Assembly (NCBI GenBank): GCA_000708835.1
Contig: DF237015.1
Span: 62,001 to 126,000, forward strand
Direction: 5' to 3'
Length of the DNA stretch: 64,000 nt
Source of the DNA: Klebsormidium nitens
Lineage: Eukaryota > Plantae > Klebsormidiophyceae
The translations under genes were made by a program, and so were the position numbers. The notes under the pieces are model-generated. The model saw nothing but the letters and a program-made list of their open reading frames with translations. It ran no database searches and was not told where the DNA came from. Below are positions 1 through 12,378 of this stretch, in pieces. Each line of letters starts with the position of its first letter. The stretch's first letter is position 1.

Positions 1-304
1 AAGCAACAAGTGGCTGACTCGTGCGAATCAGGATTTCAAGCGGTTGAGCAGCAATTTGCAAGTCAGTGGTTCGCTGGCCATCAGTAGAACAAAAGCATCC
101 TTGTAGAGAGTGAGGGTACCTTGAATTCAATTCAAGGGCGCTGGACCTTTAGTGGGCCAACGATTTGTGAAATATACATTCCTGTTCCTGTATGAAATTG
201 GGTTCCCTTGTGAATATTGTTCACAGGCATCAGTTTGTAGTGCATAACAAATGCAAGGATGGAGTGAGTATTCTAATCAAGTGCCTGAACACGGTCCTTT
301 GCAG

Positions 305-3300
305 GCTGTAGCAATTGCGGCGCTCAATCTTTTAGATCAGGACGACATCAAGAAGCTGATGAAGACAGACCTCATTCCGCAATGGGTGCAATTTCCTGAA
401 ATGGAGCGGGTGAGCGTTTTCCCTTGGAAGAAAGCAAGCAAACAGTCTTGTATATCAGTGGGTGGGTCGTGTATAGTGTAACTTGCTCATTGTTTGCGAA
501 GCACAATTTCCAGACAAGGCAGCTGCAAACTGCCTTCTTGACTGGCAGGTCCAAGCCTTCAAAACTGCCATGGGACATCAAGTGTAAAACGCAAGCCTGA
601 GCGAGAGTCTCAAGCCTTTACCTGCGCAGGTTCACTGGCTGAACAAGGAGCTCCGTGAGATCTGGCCTTATGTGAACAAGGTGCGGCATCCACTATCCAG
701 AAAAGCTTTGCTATGCTTGCCCTTCAAGATGGTGGAACGATTGCTGGTGTTTGAGAGTAGGATTGCGCTTAGATGTTCAATGTTGTGGGAGTTCGTTTAT
801 CTGATTGACATAGTCGTTGGTTCACCTGCTTTAGACTTACATTGTCAAACTCATGCCCCACACAGAGCAAGTGGAATCCGACTTCAGTGAGGAACAGAAT
901 TATCTCTTGATTGGAGAAGACAATGGAAGGGAGGGGTCCTTCATTCTCATACGGCGTCTTCTCATGAGCTAGGACTCGCCCGGGGTTGTCAAACCACTGG
1001 CCACCATCTGCCAAGTTGGCAGACCCGTTAACCACAGAGTTTCTTACAGGTCAAATGGTGATGTTCATTGCAGGCCGCTTCTGCCATCATCAAGGAACAA
1101 GTGGAGCCCATTCTGAAACAGTATAAGCCCCCAGTCTTTCTGTCAATCAAGTTCAACAAGGTGAGAAAGGATTGTCTATGGTGCCCAGACTTCCTGAAGA
1201 GCCCCGGTCTGGCTGCATTCGTCCTCAGGCTTTTACGCCATGTACTGGACAAGAACAGAACAGCGCGCACCACGTTATGCACCTACTCAAATGTGCTCAG
1301 GGGTTTGTCCGAGTTTCGATTATCAGTCCATACATGCTCATGTCACTGACATAGTTGTGTCTCGACTCGCGCAGCTCACGCTGGGAACCATCGCTCCACA
1401 AATAGCAGGTACGTATCTTGATGCTATCAGGTATCGGCCAGTCACCCTTCTGTACCTGTTATTAATTTTCAGTTGCGAACTAGTCATAGGAGTGTCCAGA
1501 GGAATGATGTCCACTTCAATGTGAGGCAACACCAAACAGAAGGCTAGAACAAAATGTTTGACGTTTGCAGTCCTCAGTCGCCCACGTTCTCTTGAAAGCA
1601 ATTCAAGTGTTCTTGAGCCACGATGTTACTTGTCCATGGAGAATTTGTTGGTGAAGCTGAGACGAACGGAGCTGAAATCATCTTATGCTGCCACGATCAA
1701 ATTTCGCAGGACCACGATCTTTCTGAATATGTTATGAATGCTCCAGAAGCATTACACAGTTACTTCCGAGCAACTCAGCATTCCATGGTAACGTAGTCTA
1801 CCATAGTTCGTCTCCACTCAGCAGCAGACTGACTTGATCTACCTTGATGTTCTTCTTCACTGGATCCGGCAGGATGCTGGGAAGAAGCTGTCGGGTAAAT
1901 AACTCAAGCGGCAGACAGTACACACGCCTAAAAGGTGGCACACGGCTGACTGCAGGTGTGAAGGTGGTCGAGACCGACGAGGAGGAGATCATTTTGGAGG
2001 TGGACGTCAAGTGGGGCGGCAACCCGAGCATCATCCTGGGGATGACAACAATCGTGGGCCTTCCGCTGCAAGTGCAAGTGAGCGATCGAGAAAGCACCTT
2101 TCAATCACCACAGAGGGGCAGACGCTTGGTTGGCCTGACCCCGGCACTCCGTTGGCATGCCGCTCGTTGAATGATTGATCCTGGCTTTTGAAACGAAGCA
2201 TTTTGTCGGGCAACGGCTGGATTTCGTGCAGGGGTCTGACCATATGTCGCTCTCAGGCCTTCTTCGTTTCGAACATGAAACGCAGGAGGAAGTAGGAAAC
2301 CAGTCGTGGCGAAAGTAAGCTGGGATTGCGAGCAGGGTGCATCACTGCGCAAAACCGCACTTTCCGTCCTATCTGGCCGCCTTGACAAAACGTGAACCGC
2401 CCGATGACTATGGACGAAACCTTAAGAAGGAACCGCTTGAAGTGTCGACCTTGTAAATGTTACCAAAACGGTCCTTCGAATGTCCGCTAAGTTGTTAAGC
2501 GTAACACCTGAGATGCAGAGTACGAGGACAGAACAGGTAGCGCAGGGAAGGATCGGCGGTCCAATAATCCCAGATTTGAGGCACCCTACCTTACTTTCAT
2601 CCTCAAAAGCAAGCAATTTTGCCGACAGGAGGATGCGGGTTGTTACTTCTCACAAACTGACCCTTACAAAAGAATCTTTCTAAAGACAGTTTCCTGAACC
2701 ACGGAGAATCTCAAACAGTCTTCGTCTTGATGCAAACGTGTTTCTGGGGATCCGCAGGTCAAGGACGTCCAATTCTTTGGGCTTTTCCGGCTCCGGTTCC
2801 GGCCACTGGTGGGGCAGTTCCCGTGCTTTGGAGCGCTTACGATCGCGTTGCGGAACAAGGTGAGCACACGGCGCCTTGTGCCGGGCACTTCCTGCTGTGC
2901 CGTCGTGAGTCAACCCGCTTCCTCCGGCTTTGCGGCATACTGAAGAATGACAGACACGGCACAAACTTCGCATGAGTCGAAGAGCTGACGTCGAAGTTTC
3001 AAATCTGGTTCGAACTCGCAAATTTTCGAAGCCGCAGTATTCTTTGGGCAACAAACGTCTTGCTTGGATGTGGTCCTTGGAAGGTTTGGGCCCCACAAAG
3101 ACTTTCACCTTTTTGTTATGTTGTGGTCCCAGGCGAGACCAGCATTCGGCATAGTCAACAGTCTGTAATACTGAAATTCCACTTGTAGAGAAATCGTTCG
3201 CACCCTTGTATTTGAACCAGTTGAAGGTTTGTACCAAAGCCACGGGTGGGGCCAAACTCAGAATTCCTCTTCTAAGCTGCTATTGCAAAGATAATCTTCA

Positions 3301-6300
3301 TGTTCGCCGGTGTGCAGCCAAGCATGGACTTTCGATTGAAGATCATCGGTGGGGAGCTGCCCGGTATTCACGGCATCGTCGACGTGAGCCATCAGGATGC
3401 TCATCCCATCTAGAATCTGACAGAAGCATCGCGTTTGCTTTTGGAATGCTAAGATTTTCCTCAAAGAATCGTCTCCAATCTTTGCCGGCGTTTCCGTGAC
3501 CGGGCCGATCGTGCAGTCCAATCACTTACCAGGCTGCTTCTCTAGGCCTCTTGTCGGGAGCACTGTAACGCTTTGGTAGAAAGTCTTCTTTATTCTGGGG
3601 GGATCAGATTCTGCACCGTTATACGACTTAGTCCATTAAATTCCTGTTTATGTGCAGAATTTGCTAAGAACGGCTGTCGTGGACTCACTCCTCTGGCCGA
3701 GCCGCATCGTCGTGCCCATCTTAGAAGGAGACTACAAGTGAGCATCGCGGCTCTTGGCTTGCTTCTCTCCTTTCCTCCCTTTTCTGTTTTCCTTTTTCCC
3801 TGCTTTCCTTGCTTTCCTGTCATCTCCTTTCAAAAACGGTGCCAAAATTCTGAAGCGACGGTGTTGAGGGACATAGTTGAGTGATCTTGCTCAACGAACT
3901 AGATTGCACACAAACCCGCTCCTCTCACGAGCAGCAAATGAAGGAAGAACACTAAGTCTTGTCTTCAGCATAAGGCTGATCTCCAGACGCATGCAAGTAA
4001 AAGTGCATATGTTGAGATACCTTCGTTTGCTTCAGCGGAACAGTTGGTCTTTGAAACAAGCCTTTTCAGCTCAACATCCCTCGTAAAGAGAATGTCCGAT
4101 TTCGACTTCGACTTCGAATTCACTTCGATTTGAGTTGACACCGGGCCTTCAACTTGTCAACTCCCGTTCGTCCTAAGGTTCTAAGAAGACTTTCAGCGGT
4201 TTTTTTCCTTCCTCTCCTCTGTTTCCTGTACCCCCTTGCCTCGCCCTTGCTATACGTTTTGGCTAAGAAAACCCTGATTCAGTCTTTGAAATTGGGCGTA
4301 CATCATATGCGGACGGCTTCACCCAATCGTGAAGGCGGAAGATTAACATCACTACTACCCTCCGATAGCTTCAACTTGGTGTTTTGTACCGGCCAGTGGA
4401 GAATTACGAGCTTTACGCCCAATCGAACAAACAGCTCAGGACAACTCCAGGTATTTAATCATGGTCAGGCTAAAAATAATCAATTGCCATTTCTCTTGCT
4501 CAGGGATCTGGAGTTGCGCCCGACGGGCACCCTGGACGTGAAGCTCGTCGAGGCGCGCAACCTGAAGAACACGGACTTCATCGGCAAGTCGGATCCGTTC
4601 GCGATCCTGTTCGTCCGTCCAATCCCGAGCAAGATGGAGAAGAGCAAGGTCATTTCAAACAACTTGAACCCCATCTGGAACGAGTCGTTCAAGCTCGTCG
4701 TGGAAGACCCCGCCACGCAACGACTCATGATCAAGGTGCGCGCGCGAATATGAATATTTCTTTCGTTATAGTCGGTCGATTTCAGGAAGGCGCCACCCAG
4801 TGCCGCTCGATCAAGGTGTGCGCACCCTTTGCAGCGTTTCCCAACAGAGGTAATCAGAAGCAGATCAAGTCTGTGATGGGATTAAACATTCGCAAACGAG
4901 GCCTCCTATGATGCGCTCCATGGAATCTCTTCAAGGCTGGTTGTCATCGGCACGTGAAGCTGGGCCGACGTTCCCGTTTTGCTTGTTCTTGCGGCCTGGT
5001 CAATATTCCCACAGACAAACCCGGAGATATGGCTGCTGATATTTTGGGCGCACTTGAGCTTGTCGTTCGAGCACGTTCAAGTTTGAAGCAGCGTCCGAAA
5101 AGATTCTTGTCAAACCTGCCCGAACCCGCGCAGGTTTTGGACAAGGAGGCCCTGGAAAAGGCGGAGCCGTTGGGCGAGTTGTCGCTGAAGCTATCAGACT
5201 TGGAACCAGGAAAGCTGTTAGACGTCTGGCTGCCGCTCGTGGAGGACATGGACAACCCGAGGGCGGGGAACGCGCAGGGCGAGGTGAGCCTGAATCCGTC
5301 CACGTCAAATTACAAGCAGACTCTTGGGAGTGTCTAAAGGAATACACAAAGGACCCTCTGAAAGGTCTGAAGGTGATTACAAACGGTCGCCATTCAAGTG
5401 GGACGGCGCAGTTATTTATGTTCCGTGTTTCTTTTGCGGATCTCCATAAATGGTCAGATAGTATGGCGTTGTGTCTCCTTCCCATCCGGTCTCTTGCGAC
5501 TTTAAGACGGTCACGTGGTTGCCATGCTGGCAGTGTTAGCTGAGCTGCCAGAGCACGACACGGACGTCGAGAGTTTGCAAGTATGTTACTCTGATTTGAG
5601 CAAAACTGTTCAGAACCGGAACGCTGCAATGCGCTCTGTGCGGAGCATACCTGTCCATTGCATCAATCAAAATTCGTAACGTTTGTTTCCTCGAGCCCCG
5701 TAGGAAGGTGCCGAGTCTGGTCAACCCTGTGATGCTTGCGAGCGGCTCTACCAAAACGCACGAGTGCCTTGACAGGACTTATCTTACACGGACGGTACAT
5801 GCCGCGACAGGGTGCCCCGATATTCCAGAGGCCATGTTCACACTTCCTCGCCATTGCTGCGTAACTGCTCGCAGTCGGGTCGGTTGACCACCAAAATATG
5901 AGGTGAAGTGTTCGGTCCTGCATCGTATCACCCCCACCTTGGGGCTCCAGATCTGCAAAGCGATGACGATATGAGCTCCAGCGTCGCTCCCTCCATCGAT
6001 CGTACTCCTGAAGTGGCAGGGTGAGGAAAGCACGCTGACGTCACCCGCAGGTCCACCTGGAGGTGATGTACCGGCCGCACCCGCCCGACGGCGGCGCCCC
6101 GTCGACGTCCGACATTGCGGGGGACCTCAACATGCGCGACGGCCTCGATGCGCGCGCAGTCGATGGGCGCTCGCTGAGCCACATGCCGTCGATTGTGCGC
6201 GGAGTGCTGACGGTGACGGTGCGGAAAGCGGAGGAACTGCGCGCGGCGGACATGGGCGGCACGAGCGACCCGTTCGTGCGGGTGTTCATGCGCAACGGAG

Positions 6301-7268
6301 ACATGAAGAAGAAGACCAAGGTGAGCTTCGGAGAGGTTTGGCTTTGAGTTGAGGCTCGATATACTTTTGAAGGGCGTGCTCATGCGCAACAGAGACATAA
6401 ATGAGAAGACCAGGGTGGGAGGTTTGGAAATTAGGGGCTTGGTTTGCTTTGTAAGTTCGTGTTCATGCGCAACATAGTATTTGGACGTAGGTACGCCAGA
6501 ACGGCCCATACTTGCGAATCCTTCTCACCCTATCAGAGACTGCTTTTGACGTCATTTCAGGGAAGCTTTCACACTGCCAGAAATCACCCTCGTTGAGAGC
6601 AGTCAGCTCAAATACATTCTATGACGCGAAAGAAGGATAAGATTCAGGATGGTTCTGGTTCACATTCAGAGCGAGATCTCGGGCACTTCAGGAGCGAACG
6701 TCAAATCAAATGTTCAGCAAGCTCTTGATGCAAACGAGCGGTCTGTTTGTTTCCAGGTGATCCCGAAGACGTTGAACCCCGTTTGGGACCAGACGTTTGA
6801 GTTCTTGGTGGAGGACGCAGCCCGGGATATGTTGCAACTAGAAGTGTGGGACCACGACACCTTCGGAAAGGTCAGCGGTCAAGCCGATAAACCCTGGCAT
6901 CATGCAAGCCCCTTCGCCTTTTTAATGTTTGTTGGACCTTTATGCTTTGCCGAGGGAGGCATGGTGCAATGCACCGTTCTTTGGGATGCGGGATCCATTC
7001 CTGTTTCGCCTCGAAGCGTTTGCATGTCAAAGCATGGAGCTCCAATGAGCCGTTCCTGCCTTCCATAAAGTCTTCGCTACCACAGACGGAGCCTGACTCA
7101 CTGATATTCTGGTCTGTTCAGGACTTCTTGGGGAGGGTTTCTATCACACTGACACGAGTTATGAAAGAAGGGGAGTACGAAGACGTTTTCAAGCTTTCTG
7201 AGGTAGACACGGGCAAACTCCACGTGAATCTGAAATGGAAACAGGTGGGACCGACCGGAAAAGTTTGA
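305..7268 (+). CDS. SYT: Synaptotagmin (SMP + two C2 domains), plant SYT4/SYT5-like; 5'-partial, first exon(s) lie before the window
   Basis: Frame-consistent GT-AG exons: 305-409, 630-680, 1074-1160, 1375-1408, 1956-2077, 2758-2859, 3318-3383, 3658-3737, 4504-4735, 5134-5283, 6051-6320, 6757-6870, 7122-7268. SMP motifs WLNKELREIWPYV, LTLGTIAPQ, FPCFGAL, LLWPSRIVVPI. C2A LDVKLVEARNLKNTDFIGKSDPF. C2B GVLTVTVRKAEELRAADMGGTSDPF ... LEVWDHDTFGKDFLGR. Confidence 0.95.
6282..6473 (+). repeat. Diverged tandem copies of the exon 3' end and donor inside the following synaptotagmin intron
   Basis: Exon end GTGTTCATGCGCAACGGAGACATGAAGAAGAAGACCAAG|GTGAGC is echoed at about 6376-6427 (GTGCTCATGCGCAACAGAGACATAAATGAGAAGACCAGGGTGGG). 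A further exact 15-mer, GTGTTCATGCGCAAC, sits at 6459-6473. Confidence 0.8.
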
Positions 7269-8179
7269 GAAAAGGGCTACTAGTCAAGACATGTATATAC
7301 GAGAGATTAGACAAGAAAGGCTACTGCCCTTGCCTGCGCCAATATCAAGCAAGCCTGAGGCCAATAAGGCATGAATCTGCGATGCTCGACATTATGCGGA
7401 TTAAGATCGTGGTTGACGCATGCATATGGCAGTCATCATTGCCGAATGATATCCGGCCATTTATGTACGGGTATTCAGCTTATGAGGTCATCATACACGC
7501 GCGCCATGCGCATGCACTGAGCACGTCTTGCGCGCAAACGAGCTATAGCTGCCATGCAGCACTGCTTGTACAGGCAATTCAAGCTGTATACCGCGGCAAC
7601 AGCTCGTGTGCACGTACATGGTGCGGCCGAATGCCACACGGCACACTGACGTATCAGGCAACATTTGCACTTCCGACGCTTGAAAATCGAGTCCCATGAT
7701 TCGCGGTAGTACAGAAAAAAGAAACACGCGCACATGCTCTATGTGACGTATATTCGCCTTGGAAGCCGGCCCAGATTTTGTATATACCAAAGGAGTGACA
7801 GGGACGATCCTAGGCTAGTGAGCGTTTGGACATCATCATGGGCATCTTTGACAGCTCGATCTGTCGATCTCGCTGAGTGTGCTTATACTTTGACGGTCCG
7901 AGCACAATGTTGTTTGAAGGGAACTTTACTTAGTTACCTGTTGTGCAGCTACTACCATGAGCGTATGTACATTCTAGGTACCTTGCTTGCCGTGGGGTCA
8001 CTGCCTTGTCTTACACGAGCTGCTTCACACTGCCAACTCTTCTGAGTAGAAGTGACACTACGAGCAAAATCAATCCGTTCAAACGCAAAGGACGTAACAT
8101 ACAATCTGCAGGATGGGGACGGGCTATGAAACAGCGGCTATCGAACAAAGTGTACACCTGGCCCGTCGACTTCAAAGAT

Positions 8180-10990
8180 TCAGTACCCGCCCTGGATGTA
8201 GTCGTTGAGCCGCTTGACCTCCTCGCGATGCTCGTCGACAACCGCGCGGACAACGTCACCAATGGAGATCATGGCGTGCATCTTGTGGTCATCCACGACG
8301 GGAATGTGACGGATCCGATGCTCTGAAAGCAACGAGATGCAATCGCTTGAGACTGAAGTAAGCACTTTTTTGTCGAACTTCTTGCCAGGTTGACACCAAT
8401 TTGAATAAAACCTCGATTCTGATTGAGGACCAGGCGATGACGAATGCTCCTTGATGGAGTTTGCTACAGATAGGCCGACTTGAAAAGGTTGAGCATTCAA
8501 ATCTGACGTCCTAAGTAAGACGTGTATAGTACGTGGGCAACCGAACTTATGATTAAAGTAGGCCAGTCCTGTTTCGAGTGAGCATCGATACAGCGATAGG
8601 ACCCTGGTTCAACTGGATGATTGTGATCACTCCTAGTTATCACTAAACCTTCGCTGCATTGATTATTCAAAAGGTCCGTCCTACGCACCCCAACATAATG
8701 CCATGTGCCGACCATTATAATCATGTACATATGCAGGGCCAGCCAGGAAACCGTACAACTGATGTGCTTTTCCCCATCCGCATCATCTCAGTCAGCAATA
8801 GAAATAGATGCAGTGTTGCAAAAATTTTTCAGTGAATGTTAAAGAGTCTCTTAGCCAAGCGAGTCCAGAATTGTGGGTAGATTTCCCCTGGATCGGACAA
8901 CTATCTACGACAGTTGGAGAAGATAAAAGGGGAAATCTGGGTTTTGGGCGCACCTGTCATGAGCTGCATTGCCTGGAGCACCTGGGTGTCCGGAGTGACC
9001 GTTACAAGCTTTGCCTGTAGAAAGGAGGAGTCTTTGTGAGAACCCTTTAAATGCGAGTTTGCATTAAATGCGAGTTTGCAAAAGAAAGGCTGAAGAGCGT
9101 CCAGTTGCAAGGAGTGTACCTTTTGTGAAACCACTACTTGCACTTTGGAATGGCGCAAAAGGGTCACTAACCGTGGGCGAAAGACGAGAAGAGAGGCTAG
9201 ACAAGCTGAAAGTTCTGAGCAGCGCGTATCGTTCGCCACATCCAGATTACGGTGTCTTGAGAAATATAGAACGGGAATTGGTGCTTTCATTAAGACTAGA
9301 AATATTGGAGCAAGTGAGGAAACGTCAGCCACAGGCTGCTTTTGAATGTAGGAGCTCAGATATACAGGGAGAGCCCCAACCACTGCTTACTTCCTCAAAT
9401 GCAGTGCTGCTCGACTCTTAAGGGCGTCAGTTCTCAACAAGCATCATTTCTTAAAGAAGCAACTCTCAGTACAGTGCTGAATTGCGGTATGGAACAAGAT
9501 CAAAGAAGAGCAGAAGCTTGAGAACACTTCACAAGTTTCACTCCTGTGATCAGCCCTGGTCTTCTAGAGCAAGCGCTACAAAAGCTTGGGCCAATACTTG
9601 TCATGTCAAAATCAGTGCCATTGTAAGGAAGCAGGTCAAAGTTCACTTCTTGCTCTCATTGCATATAAGTCACTATAATAACGAAGTCACTATTTCTTGA
9701 TCGATCACACTTGGATCAGCACACAATGCAGGCTTCAGAGCTTGAAATGAAAAACCTCACCTCAACCGTCATGATGTCCCCGACCTTCGTCTCTTTGGAG
9801 GTTCTGTTCTCTATGGCAACCTTTCGAAGGTAATCTGTCAGGAATGAAGTGGTGGCTTAAACATCGACAAGCAAGGCTGCGAATCTGACAAGAGCCTCCA
9901 TAATCTCAGGAAAAGCAACAACTAATTCAGCAAATAAAGTTCGCATGATACTTGAGTACAGTGTGTAGTTTGCAAATTGCCGACGGGCGGGCTTTGGGGA
10001 TGAACGTAAATGGTGCCAAGGGAAGGCAGACATCATCCAGAGTGGTTTAGGGTTCTTGTAGATAGTTTGGCGGCCAAGCGAGAATCAACAATCAGAAAAG
10101 ACTCCTTTTTGCATCTTGGCAATCCAGGCTCAGTCTGTGAAAGGACTCATTCTGTGCCATCAGCAAAAAGGCTTCCAAACCACACCAAGACAGTCTTCCT
10201 GTCGTTTTGTAAGAGGAGCGCGCACCTCTTTCAGTGATGATCCCAGCAATCCCGTCCTTGCCCGACTTCATGACCACCAGCGCACCGACATTGTGCTGAG
10301 TCATCTGCATTTGATAGACAAATTTTGCTCAATCGCCAACATGGCTGCTTTTGTGCGCAAGGGATCATACAAAACAATTGAAAGGGCGACTGCTATCCAG
10401 TACAAGCAGTTCTCCTTGCATAAATCTTTGTCTTTCAGAAGCAGCTGTCCAAGAACCACGACTCCCAATTTCAGCGGCAGAGCAGATTGGAAATATTTTG
10501 GTTTGAAATTCCACAAAACAATGACTGGAATTTAGCAATCCTATCAAAGATTATGTGCGCTTGTTTGGAGAAAAGTCCTCTACAAAAAGAACACTGTTGT
10601 TACAGAAATGAATGAACAGAGCTATTAATCAACTTACACGCTTTGCGAAGAAGATGATTCTAATGCAAAAAACAAAAAATGACAAACTTCCATGCAGTCC
10701 AATGCACGAACCTGCCTCACAGCATCGTAGACGGTGTCATCAGTCTGGCACCAGAGGAAGGAGCCCCGCTCCTTTTCCCCCTTCTTGTTCCTCAGAATGT
10801 CTGCAATCGTTGACCTTTCCAGGTGCGCATCATGCTCGTCTGTGTCCTCAGCCTCTGCTGCCGCACTCTTTGCGTTCCCCCTCACTTGCAACCTGCTCAT
10901 GCAAGACACCTGGCCAGCCCGAAGGGTCTGCAGGAGCGAACCCCTCAGGTCCAAGGCCCCCCGCTGCAACACCTTAGAGACGCTCTGCAT
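8180..10990 (-). CDS. CBSX3: CBS-domain-only protein, CBSX3-like, probable mitochondrial presequence (211 aa)
   Basis: Exons 10990-10712, 10304-10226, 9834-9761, 9014-8954, 8322-8180 join in frame. Motifs TDDTVYDAVRQMTQHNVGALVV, GIITERDYLRKV, TKVGDIMT, HRIRHIPVVD, ISIGDVVRAVVDEHREEVKRLNDYIQGGY*. Confidence 0.93.
9047..9080. repeat. Perfect 17-bp tandem duplication in a CBS-gene intron
   Basis: TTAAATGCGAGTTTGCA x2, 30-65 nt upstream (minus-strand sense) of the acceptor at 9015. Confidence 0.9.
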
Positions 10991-12378
10991 CGTGGCCAGG
11001 GTTTTGAGAAGGGGGGGATGCAGAGCTCCTAGTGAAGAGCCAACTTTTGATTAAGAGTAACCAGAAAGTACTCGATTCTCCAAACCTCCTTGCAACGCAA
11101 AATCTATTATATGAGCAGCCGATGAGGTGCGGCGATTTAAGCTAGTGCCTCGCCCCGTCCTTCCCCAAACCAATGAAAAACTGAACCAATTGAGCAGAGC
11201 AGAGGCGAACACGAGCAGCCGTGGTCCCGTAAGATGGTTCTTGGGCGCTCAATGACACGAAAGTTGATAAATGTAGGAATGCAGCAGGAGCTCCGAGTCA
11301 TGCAGGAAGAAGCTGGCCTGCATTGCTGAAAACAGACGCGTGCACAGCTTGAGTGTGAGCAGACTGCAGTCTGCAAAACCAAAGTTGAGTTGGAACCCAT
11401 GTGGGCCGTAGCAGGTACCGTAGTTCGCCACATCCGTTCCTCTCCGGCAAATCAAGCATACGAGGCTACTTCAGGTATATAAGCTCCGCGACATTACCTA
11501 TCATAACGAAACTGCCGAGATGAATTTCCTCTTATCACTTGTGCCACCCTGTTCTCGTTGATCACTCAGCAGATAATACCAAAACGTTCAGGAAAATAGA
11601 GTACATACGATGAAACATAAAGATACTCTATCCGAGGAGGACGTCTGACAGAAGAAGCCCGTGTGCCAAGTCAGCAAGCAGTATGAGCGGTCCGATGAGA
11701 CGTTTGTGCGTTTGGCTGCCGTCGATGAAAAAAGACTTCGAAGTTCCACACAAGCATCATGATTGCGAAGTCCGGGCTCCGTCAATGCTGCTTGAAGCTG
11801 GCATGCATGACGGCCTAAGGGCTATTTCGTAGATACAGTTTCACACAAAGCACTCTTCGGATGAATATGATGCACTGATATTACCAACACGGTTCGATTG
11901 ATCGGTGGATCTCATTCGGCATTCCCAGTCAAGTACTCGTGCTTCGATGTTTGCAAGACAGCGCGCTGTGATGTGACTACAGTTAGGAAACGGTGTAATA
12001 AGTTTTCCCTGTCACCCACCTTGATAGTCGAAACGTTAAGAGTTACTCGTTGGCAATCTTAGCGTGACAACCTGGCAAGTCATCATATCGTCCACAAAGC
12101 ATTTCAACGACAAAGATAAGCTCTGAGGTGTGCCGTGCAGTGCTCAAGGGCCGGGGCAAGGGATGCGGATTTGCATGGCTCTAAATGTCGAGCGGATCAT
12201 TCGGAGATTGTAGGACCATCCCGTCACCACTCTTATCTAGGATGCCCGTCCGCAGAATTGACAAGCTTTGTAAAGGATGCAATGATGGCCGATGTGTGGA
12301 GCCTTAGCCCATGCTGGAATAAGCACCCAAAAAGTCGGCTTTTCTCAATGCCGAAGTGTAATAAGAACGACAGATTTG

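Noticed and set aside
2680-3521. 191-aa and 87-aa minus-strand ORFs as a nested gene in synaptotagmin
   Set aside because: They overlap the real plus-strand exons 2758-2859 and 3318-3383 and have no recognisable motifs; these are antisense shadows.
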